DNA of 64,000 nucleotides from Thermoplasmata archaeon (GTDB lineage Archaea > Thermoplasmatota > Thermoplasmata > Thermoplasmatales > GCA-001856825). The DNA lies in the NCBI GenBank assembly GCA_021792255.1, contig JAJYUZ010000002.1, forward strand, positions 256,001 through 320,000. The letters are read 5' to 3'. The position numbers were made by a program, and so were the translations under genes. Of the stretch, positions 56,550 through 64,000 are shown one piece after another (position 1 is the first letter of the stretch; every line of letters starts with the position of its first letter). The notes below the pieces were generated by a model. That model was not told where the DNA came from. It did not search any database and worked only from the letters and a program-made list of their open reading frames with translations.

Positions 56550-57798
56550 TCAACTCACTCAATGAATTGACAAATGCCTGTACGTCATCTATCCCATTGT
56601 AGACGTAGAACGAAGCCCTCGCCGTACCTGACACACCCAGAGTTCTCATTAAAGGCTCCGCACAGTGATGACCAGACCTCACGTATACGTTCTTGTCATC
56701 CAGAAAAGTCGCGATGTCGTGAGAATGATAGAGGTGGTCCACTATCACATTTCTGCCCTCGAGATTCTTCTTTAAGTTGGAGACGTCCCTCACATTGAAG
56801 GCTATTACTCCTCCTCTTTCCTCAACGTCCGTAGGGCCATAGTACGTTACATTTTTCAGATCCTCTAGGCTCCTCAGTGTCACCGATGTCAGGTTTTTTT
56901 CGTGACTCCTCACGTTTTCCATCCCGATAGTCTTCAGGTAATCTATTGCGGCAGACAGACCGACTGCACCCTCCACGTTTGGGGTGCCTGCTTCAAATTT
57001 TATCGGAGGATCTTCGAAGATAACGCTATGAAAATCAACGTTTCGTATCATTTCTCCTCCCCTGTTGAAGGGAGACATCTCCTCAAGGAGATGATATTTA
57101 CCATAAAGCACTCCTATGCCCATTGGACCCAGCATCTTGTGCCCCGAAAATGCCACAAAGTCATACTGTTCCCTCATACGGAATGGCATGTGGGGTACGG
57201 ACTGTGCAGCGTCAATGATGAAAATAGAATCGTTCTCTTTTGCCATCTTTCCGATTTCCTCGATCGGGTTTATTGTTCCCAAAACGTTCGACTGGTGGGT
57301 GATCGAAACTATTTTTGTTTCCTTCTTTAGTTTTGATTTCAGATCACCTATGTCGAGATGCCCTTTTTCGTCAAAACCGACGTAATCGAGTTTCACTCCC
57401 TTCTCTTCCAATCTCATCCAGGGAAGTATGTTGCTGTGGTGTTCCATTGAAGTGATGAGAATGTGGTCTCCCTTTTTCAGGGATTCTCCTATGGTGAAGG
57501 AAAGCAGATTTAGACTCTCGGTCGTATTCCTCGTGAAAACGACTTCATTGCTCTTTGAACCTATGAAGTCTGAAACGTTAGTTCTGGAATTCTCGTAAAG
57601 TTCTGTAGCCTCATCCGCTAGCTTGTAAACGGAACGATGCACGTTCGCATTCGCTCCCTCATAGTAGCTGATTATGGCGTCAAGTACCTGCTTGGGTTTC
57701 TGCGTTGTCGCCGTGGAATCAAGATAGACTATGTCCTTTCCGTTTACTTTTTTCTTGAAAATAGGAAAATCTTCTTTCTTTCCGCAGGTATTAGTCAT
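56536..57798 (-). CDS. sufS: Cysteine desulfurase SufS
   Basis: YLDSTATTQKP, EHHSN, FSGHKMLGP, FEAGTP, RSGHHCA. Confidence 0.96.
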   Translation of the reverse strand: MTNTCGKKEDFPIFKKKVNGKDIVYLDSTATTQKPKQVLDAIISYYEGANANVHRSVYKLADEATELYENSRTNVSDFIGSKSNEVVFTRNTTESLNLLSFTIGESLKKGDHILITSMEHHSNILPWMRLEEKGVKLDYVGFDEKGHLDIGDLKSKLKKETKIVSITHQSNVLGTINPIEEIGKMAKENDSIFIIDAAQSVPHMPFRMREQYDFVAFSGHKMLGPMGIGVLYGKYHLLEEMSPFNRGGEMIRNVDFHSVIFEDPPIKFEAGTPNVEGAVGLSAAIDYLKTIGMENVRSHEKNLTSVTLRSLEDLKNVTYYGPTDVEERGGVIAFNVRDVSNLKKNLEGRNVIVDHLYHSHDIATFLDDKNVYVRSGHHCAEPLMRTLGVSGTARASFYVYNGIDDVQAFVNSLSELNDVQ

Positions 57799-58948
57799 TG
57801 CCTATCACTTCTTCCACAATTTGAAGATACTTCCTGGATATATCTTCTGGAAGAGGATAGATAATAGGACTAATAAAGCCTTCTATAACGGCCCTTTTGG
57901 CGGTTTTTAGATCGAGTCCCCTACTCATTAGATACAAAATCTGTTCCTCCGAAATGTTTGAGACCGATTCACCGTGCTTTGCCTTTACCTCGCCGTTAAA
58001 TATCTCCAGGACTGGAAGAGCGTTTCCGACCGCTTCCTTTGTCAGGAGTAGTAGATTTGCCATAAGGAAAGACTCCACGTTCAAGGCCTTCTCCTCAATC
58101 CTTATGAATCCCCTGAAAATCAAAGATGACTTTCCTCCCAGAATTCCCTTGAAGGCCGTGTCGTTCTTTCCATGGACAGCCCTGTGATCCGTGAACACCT
58201 CAAGGTCTAGGTGTTCCTGTTTCTTACCCAAGGCCGCCCCATAATAGCCAGACTCGGCGTGTTCACCGATCTGGACGATCCTGAACCTGGAAATGCTCTT
58301 ATTCCCAGGAAGGGAGAGGTGATGTATCTTCAGGGTGGAGTATCTCTCCATGATTATTGTCCTCTCCAGATAACTTAGCTCCGTGTTTTCTTCATCTTCT
58401 AGCAGGAAATAGTCGAGTGAAGAATTCTCTCCCACTCTTATTACCGTCCCTTGGGACACGGATGAATTACCTGTGACGACAAAATTTTCGAGGATTTTTG
58501 CAGACGAGTTGTTTCCTATGGAATACAGGTTCCTCACGTTGAAATCCCGATCTCCAGTGTGAAGAATATTTATCATCTTGTCGCTCTGGTATTTGTCAGG
58601 AACTCCTAGATAGAAACCGTCATTGAAGTAACCTTGATTGATCGCACTCAGCTTGTCATAACTGTCATTGAAGAGGTCCTCAGCCTTCATAAATCGCTGC
58701 GAAATAGCTTCGCTCACTGAAAGGAATTTAACTGTTCCACCACCAAATAGTCTACACGGAGACCCATTGTGAGTAGTAATATTCCTCTGCATCCCCGGGC
58801 ATCCGGACCTGGTAGATCGCAAGAGAGGAAGTAGATCGTTCTCTTTTAGTGCTGTGTAGCTTTTGACCGACGGAGAATCGTGTTCTGACAAAATGGGAAG
58901 GGAATCGGCTATCTTTTTTTTCTCAGTTATTATATCTTCAAGAGTCAC
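57791..58948 (-). CDS. sufD: Fe-S assembly protein SufD
   Basis: Beta-helix region, P.LEI...V.A.HG, YLMSRGL. Confidence 0.88.
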   Translation of the reverse strand: MTLEDIITEKKKIADSLPILSEHDSPSVKSYTALKENDLLPLLRSTRSGCPGMQRNITTHNGSPCRLFGGGTVKFLSVSEAISQRFMKAEDLFNDSYDKLSAINQGYFNDGFYLGVPDKYQSDKMINILHTGDRDFNVRNLYSIGNNSSAKILENFVVTGNSSVSQGTVIRVGENSSLDYFLLEDEENTELSYLERTIIMERYSTLKIHHLSLPGNKSISRFRIVQIGEHAESGYYGAALGKKQEHLDLEVFTDHRAVHGKNDTAFKGILGGKSSLIFRGFIRIEEKALNVESFLMANLLLLTKEAVGNALPVLEIFNGEVKAKHGESVSNISEEQILYLMSRGLDLKTAKRAVIEGFISPIIYPLPEDISRKYLQIVEEVIGND

Positions 58949-61413
58949 CCTACAGCACCGTACTTGTTCATCTCTAATTTCACTAGCTTGTTGAATTCTA
59001 TGGAATATTCAAGCGGTATTTCCTTGAGCACATCGTCAAGGAAACCAAGCACGATCAGTGATCTGGCATCTTCCTCCCTGATTCCTCTGCTCATGAGATA
59101 GTCAACCTGGTCCTCAGAGATCTTGCCCACCGAAGCCTCGTGCGAGAACGACGCACTTTCCTCCAGTATTTCGTTATGGGGGTAAGTGTTGCTCTTCGAT
59201 ATGTCGTCCAGAATGAGGGCATCGCACTGCACAGATGCCTTGGAATTGTAAGCACCAGGATTAATTCTCAACTGTCCCCTGTAGACGGACATTCCACCCT
59301 TGCCGGATATGCTCTTGGCTACCACCTTTGAGCTGGTGTGCGGCGCAGCGTGAACGACTTTTGCACCATTATCTTTCCACACAGGTCCGATTCCAAGGGC
59401 GACGTTGAGATTCGAGGTGCTTGCGTATTCTCCCCTCAAAATTGATGACGGATAAGTCATCGTTATCTTTGAGCCAAGGGAACCCTGTACCCATTCCATC
59501 CTCCCGTTTGCCTCCACCCATGACCTCTTTGTCGGTCCGTTGATGATGTTGTCTGACCAGTTCTGAACCGATGTATATCTTACTTTCCCTCCGTTTTTCA
59601 CATACACTTCAACAATAGCCGCGTGAAGCGAGTATTGACTATAAGTAGGGGCGGTACAATTGTGGACAGCGAATCCCTTCACCAGGTAGGAGTTCTGATT
59701 GCTGACCTCGAGGTTGTAGACCTTGTCCTTGAATCTTTCCCTAATTATCTTTCTTATCGGCACATAAAAATTATTTCCAACCTTCCGTGCCTGTGAGAAT
59801 CGTCCATCTTTTGTGTACTTTAATACGTACACCTTTCTGAGCTTCTTAAAGGAAATATTTGCGAAGAACCCGTTTCTCGCAATAATTTCTTGGAACTGGA
59901 ACGCTAGCAACTCGCTGGAAGTTGACGCCTTAACTGCATCGGATTTTAATGATCCATCAGTGCTATTGGTGCCCCCTTCTCCGATATAATTTTCAAATAG
60001 GATCTTCTGTTTCTCAGGGGGAAGTTCCATGATGACTTTTGAGAGTTTTTTCACCGTGTCTCCATTTCCAACGTGGGTCTGGCATAGATCTATCAGCTTC
60101 TGAGAGTGAGAGGTTACAGTCCATTTACCGTCCGCATTCTCCGATATACTTGCTTCTTCTCCCAAAGATCTTGTGAGTTCATAAAGCTCGGTGGCCATTT
60201 TCCTTTCTTTCGGAGACTTGCCAAAGCTTAAGACGAGCTCTCCTGCCTCCCTTACCTCGTTGTAGCGTATTGATCCCCTGGAAGCATACACACCCAGTAC
60301 TATTAGCAGTTCTGGAGTAAACTTGCTGTCGTCTCGGGATCCGGTAGGAGCAACATAAACGATGAAGTCCCCTTCTTCCAGCTTCTCTGCTCTTATGTAG
60401 TCGGGCTTGGCAGAAATTAGCTTCTGCATCGACAGGACTGACGTCCAGCCATTTCCAAGTTTTCTCGCGGTGACTACTGAAGCTCTCTTTATTGCAAGCA
60501 CTGGATGTTCGACCGTAAGTCTGAATGCATTGCCTCTTGAAGAGGGAACGAACGTTAGCATAGTTCCATCGTAGGGTCTCACGAAAGTTCTGGTTACGTT
60601 TGAGCTTTCTCCCGAGTGCGTCATCACATTCTCGGACACTCCAACTGCGCTAATGGGAACGAACGAGTCACCCTTGCTAACGAGCTCTTCTGCGGGCAAA
60701 CAGCCCTCGATATAATGCACAGACCCTCCTGGTTCAGAAATGATCATCGTCCTTTCAAACTGACCTTCAAGTGCCCCGTTCATTCTAAAGTAGGCCTGGA
60801 CGGGAAGATCGAGATGAACTCCCCTCGGGACGTACAGAAATGAGCCACCAGACCATACTGCCGTGTTCAAAGCAGCAAACTTATTATCCGATGGTGGGAC
60901 CACTTTCCCGAAGTGTTCCCTGACTATATCTGGATGCTTCTGGACGGCGCTATCCATGTCCATGAAGATCACACCTTTGTCTTCCCACTGCTTCTTCAAT
61001 CTTGAGTAGACGCCCTCTGATTGCAGCTGGGCAACGGATCCGGCCAGGTACTTCTTCTCCATCTCCGGTACTCCCAACTTGTCAAAGGTATCTTTTATCT
61101 CTTTGGGGACTTCCTCCCAATTGTTTGCCTTTCTGTCCTCGGGTCTTATATAATAAGTAAGGTCATCAAAATTCAGTTCTGAAAGATCAGGGCCCCAAGT
61201 AGGAACGGGCTTTGAAAAGAATATTTCAAGTGCTTTCAGTCTGATGTTTTTCATCCATTCGGGTTCCTTTTTCTCCCTCGACATCTCCTCTACGACGCTT
61301 CTGCTCAGACCCTTCTGTGCTTGATAAGCTGGTTTCAAATTAGTGGTGAAATCGTACTTAATCTCGTTCAGTTTCTTGACTTCATCAATCTCATCTTCAT
61401 TCAATCTTTGCAC
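58945..61413 (-). CDS. sufB: Fe-S assembly protein SufB containing an intein
   Basis: WSGGSF.YVP, GQFERT, HYIEG|intein|CTAP, RYTSVQNWS, HEASVGKI. Confidence 0.95.
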   Translation of the reverse strand: MQRLNEDEIDEVKKLNEIKYDFTTNLKPAYQAQKGLSRSVVEEMSREKKEPEWMKNIRLKALEIFFSKPVPTWGPDLSELNFDDLTYYIRPEDRKANNWEEVPKEIKDTFDKLGVPEMEKKYLAGSVAQLQSEGVYSRLKKQWEDKGVIFMDMDSAVQKHPDIVREHFGKVVPPSDNKFAALNTAVWSGGSFLYVPRGVHLDLPVQAYFRMNGALEGQFERTMIISEPGGSVHYIEGCLPAEELVSKGDSFVPISAVGVSENVMTHSGESSNVTRTFVRPYDGTMLTFVPSSRGNAFRLTVEHPVLAIKRASVVTARKLGNGWTSVLSMQKLISAKPDYIRAEKLEEGDFIVYVAPTGSRDDSKFTPELLIVLGVYASRGSIRYNEVREAGELVLSFGKSPKERKMATELYELTRSLGEEASISENADGKWTVTSHSQKLIDLCQTHVGNGDTVKKLSKVIMELPPEKQKILFENYIGEGGTNSTDGSLKSDAVKASTSSELLAFQFQEIIARNGFFANISFKKLRKVYVLKYTKDGRFSQARKVGNNFYVPIRKIIRERFKDKVYNLEVSNQNSYLVKGFAVHNCTAPTYSQYSLHAAIVEVYVKNGGKVRYTSVQNWSDNIINGPTKRSWVEANGRMEWVQGSLGSKITMTYPSSILRGEYASTSNLNVALGIGPVWKDNGAKVVHAAPHTSSKVVAKSISGKGGMSVYRGQLRINPGAYNSKASVQCDALILDDISKSNTYPHNEILEESASFSHEASVGKISEDQVDYLMSRGIREEDARSLIVLGFLDDVLKEIPLEYSIEFNKLVKLEMNKYGAVG
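59659..60702 (-). mobile_element. SufB intein (348 aa) with degenerate LAGLIDADG endonuclease
   Basis: CLPAEE start, LTVEHP block B, VYNLEV..SYLVKGFAVHN|C end. Confidence 0.92.
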
Positions 61414-62164
61414 TCATCTCGCCTCCCTTGTAATACTCGTAACCTCTCTCTTCGATCACTTTTGCCAGGTCTCCATTTCCGCTTTCAGCTATCCGGCCAT
61501 TTATCAGGACATGAACGAAATCAGGTTTAATGTAATCGAGAATCCTCTGGTAATGCGTAATTATGATTATTCCTGCGCCATTTTCCTTTGCCCTAGCAAT
61601 CGCTTTTGAAACTACCCTGAGCGCATCAACGTCAAGTCCCGAATCGATTTCGTCCAGTATGATGAACTTCGGTTTGAGAATCAACATTTGGAGGGCTTCC
61701 ATCCTCTTTTTCTCCCCTCCAGACAGGCCATCGTTGAGCCCCCTTTCTATGAATGAGCTATCTAGGCCAAAGTACTTCAGAAGTTCCTTCACTTCTTCAA
61801 CGAACTTCTTGTACTCCAGTTTTTCGTCAGGATGGAGAGAAGAATAAGCCGTCCTCAGATAATTGATGAATCTCAGGCCCTGTACCGAGACGGGTTCCTG
61901 GAATGCCACGAAAAGGCCAGCTCTCGCTCTTTCGTACACCTGGAGATCTTTTAGATTTACTTCATTTATTAAGAGATCGCCGCTGTTCACTTTGTACCTC
62001 ACACTTCCGACCACCGTATGGGCTAGGGTGCTTTTTCCCGTGCCATTGGGTCCCATAAGTGCGTGGACCTCTCCGGATTTGACGGTAATCGTAACGTCCT
62101 TCAGTATTTCCTTGTCTCCTACCGAGACACTCAGGTTCTTTATAATGAGAACATTAGGAACCAT
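61397..62164 (-). CDS. sufC: Fe-S assembly ATPase SufC
   Basis: MGPNGTGKST, N.GLSGGEKKR, LDEIDSGLDVD, THYQRIL; likely start at 62164. Confidence 0.95.
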   Translation of the reverse strand: MVPNVLIIKNLSVSVGDKEILKDVTITVKSGEVHALMGPNGTGKSTLAHTVVGSVRYKVNSGDLLINEVNLKDLQVYERARAGLFVAFQEPVSVQGLRFINYLRTAYSSLHPDEKLEYKKFVEEVKELLKYFGLDSSFIERGLNDGLSGGEKKRMEALQMLILKPKFIILDEIDSGLDVDALRVVSKAIARAKENGAGIIIITHYQRILDYIKPDFVHVLINGRIAESGNGDLAKVIEERGYEYYKGGEMSAKIE

Positions 62165-62253
62165 TGTAATTTGTATGGAATGATGATATTTAAACATTTT
62201 TTACTGTCTAAAGTAATAAAAGTTAAATAGAGTATTTAATTCCCTTCAGTGGT

Positions 62254-62877
62254 ATGGAAGAAATAACCACTCTAGGCAGTAGCAAACGGAGGATACTAGA
62301 GGAACTTCTGGAGAAGCCTAGAGTAATTTATGAGCTTTCAGATAAACTCAGCATTAGAAATAATGCGGTGAGAGAACACCTGACTATGCTTGAAAGCATG
62401 GGATACGTAGAGTCCAAATTCGTAAAGACAAAAATTGGAAGGCCAAAGAAGACCTATAGAATCTCTGCAGACGGGATGAAGTTGTTCCCAAAAAAGTACG
62501 ACCTTCTGCTAAAAATTCTGCTCGACGAACTCACTACAGAAAAGGGGACTATATGGGTAAAAGATTTCTTGAAGAGAGCTGGTGAAAGGATCGTCAAAGA
62601 GGACGGTTCCAAGTCAAAAGACATAAAAGAACTATTGACCTTTTATAACAACCTTGGATGCATGGCCACTGCAGTGGAGAGGGACGGCAACATAGTCATA
62701 AAGAGGAACAATTGCATTTATTATTCAATGGCCCTGGACACAAACAATGTCTTCTGCGGAACCTTCGAAGACGCGTTAATAGAATCAATGCTTCCTTCCT
62801 ACAAGGTAATCAAGAAAGACACGGTTTCGAAGGACAAGTACGACTGTGAGATCACGCTGTCAAAATCAGAATCGTAA
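62254..62877 (+). CDS. SufR-like HTH regulator
   Basis: AVREHL..LE..G.V, GRPKK.Y, FPKKY and three C-terminal Cys (NCIY, FCG, YDCE); divergent from suf. Confidence 0.8.
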   Translation: MEEITTLGSSKRRILEELLEKPRVIYELSDKLSIRNNAVREHLTMLESMGYVESKFVKTKIGRPKKTYRISADGMKLFPKKYDLLLKILLDELTTEKGTIWVKDFLKRAGERIVKEDGSKSKDIKELLTFYNNLGCMATAVERDGNIVIKRNNCIYYSMALDTNNVFCGTFEDALIESMLPSYKVIKKDTVSKDKYDCEITLSKSES

Positions 62878-62912
62878 ATATTTATCTCCCCTGTCGTATT
62901 ACATCACAAGAA

Positions 62913-63959
62913 ATGCTCACGGTAATAGAAACTTTTTACTCTATCGAAGGTGAAGGGCCCTTTATCGGCGTTCCCACGTTCTTCATCAGGCTCTCAGGAT
63001 GCAACCTGAGGTGTTCTTGGACACCAGTTGGTTCGACCAGGATCCTGATGAGCGATCGTAGCTGGAAGCTCGCTAAGGACATCACCGTCGGAGACGTTGT
63101 TCTGGGATTCGAAGGAGAGCATTTCAAGAAATCACGGGTCTTAAACACAGTCAAAACGAGGTCGGAAACGGTAAAGCTCACCATGGAGAGCGGTGGTACG
63201 ATTACGGTCACGCCTGAGCATCCCTTCTATTATCGGGGTTCAAAGACCAGAAGGGCGGATAGAACGATTGGTAAGACAATAAGAACCATAAACCAGGGGA
63301 AAACTGACCTTGAGTATAAGATAAATGGAGAGAATGATAAGGTCATAAAGATCGAGACAGCCGGCATCGCCGATATAAATCATTTTGAGACCGAGACACA
63401 CAACTACATTTCTGAAGGCTACCTCTCCCACAACTGCGATACTAAGTACTCATATTCTGGGGGTGAAAAGATGACGATCGAAAGTCTGGTGGAAGAAGCA
63501 GCCTCATATGGGGCAAAGTACGTCTGCCTCACCGGAGGGGAGCCTCTCTTGCAAAAAGAAGTCTATCCCTTGATGTACAAACTTCTCGACAAGGGATACA
63601 AGATTATCCTAGAGACGAGTGGGTCCATCTCTCTTGAGGATGTTCCGACGGACGACAACATGATAATTTCGATGGACATCAAAACGCCTTCTTCCAACAT
63701 GGTAGAGCACAACGTGTATCAGAACATCGAGCTGCTGGCCGAAAAAGACTATCTAAAGTTTGTGATTGTTGATGAAAAGGACTATTCGTTTTCTAAGTCC
63801 ATAATAGAGAAATACCCATTTGACGGTGAAACAATCTTTCAACCTGAAGGAGGGAAAAACTTGAAGGAGCTAACTGAAAAAGTATTAAAAGAACGATTAA
63901 ATGTCAGAGTACTGCCGCAACTGCATAAATTAATTTGGGGGGACAAAAGAGGAGTATGA
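62913..63959 (+). CDS. queE: 7-carboxy-7-deazaguanine synthase (radical SAM) with mini-intein
   Basis: ETFYSIEGEG, FIRLSGCNLRCSW|intein|CDTKY, TGGEPLLQ, ETSGS, D.K.PSS, QLHKLIW. Confidence 0.9.
   Translation: MLTVIETFYSIEGEGPFIGVPTFFIRLSGCNLRCSWTPVGSTRILMSDRSWKLAKDITVGDVVLGFEGEHFKKSRVLNTVKTRSETVKLTMESGGTITVTPEHPFYYRGSKTRRADRTIGKTIRTINQGKTDLEYKINGENDKVIKIETAGIADINHFETETHNYISEGYLSHNCDTKYSYSGGEKMTIESLVEEAASYGAKYVCLTGGEPLLQKEVYPLMYKLLDKGYKIILETSGSISLEDVPTDDNMIISMDIKTPSSNMVEHNVYQNIELLAEKDYLKFVIVDEKDYSFSKSIIEKYPFDGETIFQPEGGKNLKELTEKVLKERLNVRVLPQLHKLIWGDKRGV
63021..63434 (+). mobile_element. Mini-intein (138 aa) starting with Thr
   Basis: TPVGSTRILMSD...ITVGD.V, TVTPEHPF, THNYISEGYLSHN|C. Confidence 0.88.
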
Positions 63960-64000
63960 TGGGGCAGGAATACACTGACGAGGATGGAGAGATAGCGACC
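63956..64000 (+). CDS. 5' end of the next gene (unidentified, truncated by the window)
   Basis: ATGA overlap with the queE stop after gaggag; MMGQEYTDEDGEIAT. Confidence 0.5.
   Translation, partial: MMGQEYTDEDGEIAT

Noticed and set aside
63021-63434. Class 3 intein assignment, or an intein start at the upstream Cys of CSW
   Set aside because: No block-B Trp or block-F Cys; starting at that Cys would leave only two of the three radical SAM cysteines
1-64000. CRISPR arrays, cas genes, integrases, and the many short antisense ORFs in the track
   Set aside because: No regularly spaced repeats or such genes were seen; the short ORFs overlap well-supported genes on the other strand or frame

Overview
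Archaeal chromosome window. The unlinked 5S rRNA and the gene set (FEN1, RadB, thermosome, prefoldin, class V FBP aldolase/phosphatase, archaeal PheS/ProRS) suggest Thermoplasmata/Thermoplasmatales; this taxonomy is inferred. The core blocks are DNA repair, beta-oxidation, FtsY/PGK/TrxB/thermosome, ADP-forming acyl-CoA synthetase, GlnA, Pst, PheS, Suf and QueE. Three accessory regions interrupt them. (1) A ~6.6 kb island lies between tRNA-Pro(CGG) and a degenerate copy of that tRNA's 3' end. (2) A ~10 kb island (22.85-33.0 kb) encodes secreted proteases. (3) A region behind tRNA-Val carries IS630/IS5 relics and another secreted protease. The most striking candidate system is a module present twice in island 2. 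It consists of a membrane-anchored wHTH regulator, a shared palindromic operator (TTTCCCAGA-N3-TCTGGGAAA), and a divergent secreted protease(-like) protein. That protein ends in a Hedgehog-like SG(n)|C junction followed by an atypical terminal Hint domain (DQPIY in place of TxxH; NGxLLD[IV]KT in place of HN). Other oddities are a Thr-initiated mini-intein inside the QueE CxxxCxxC motif, a SufB intein, a triple-domain PstS with a 131-bp exact internal repeat, and a regulator/SerRS chimera. All calls come from reading the sequence; no searches were run.
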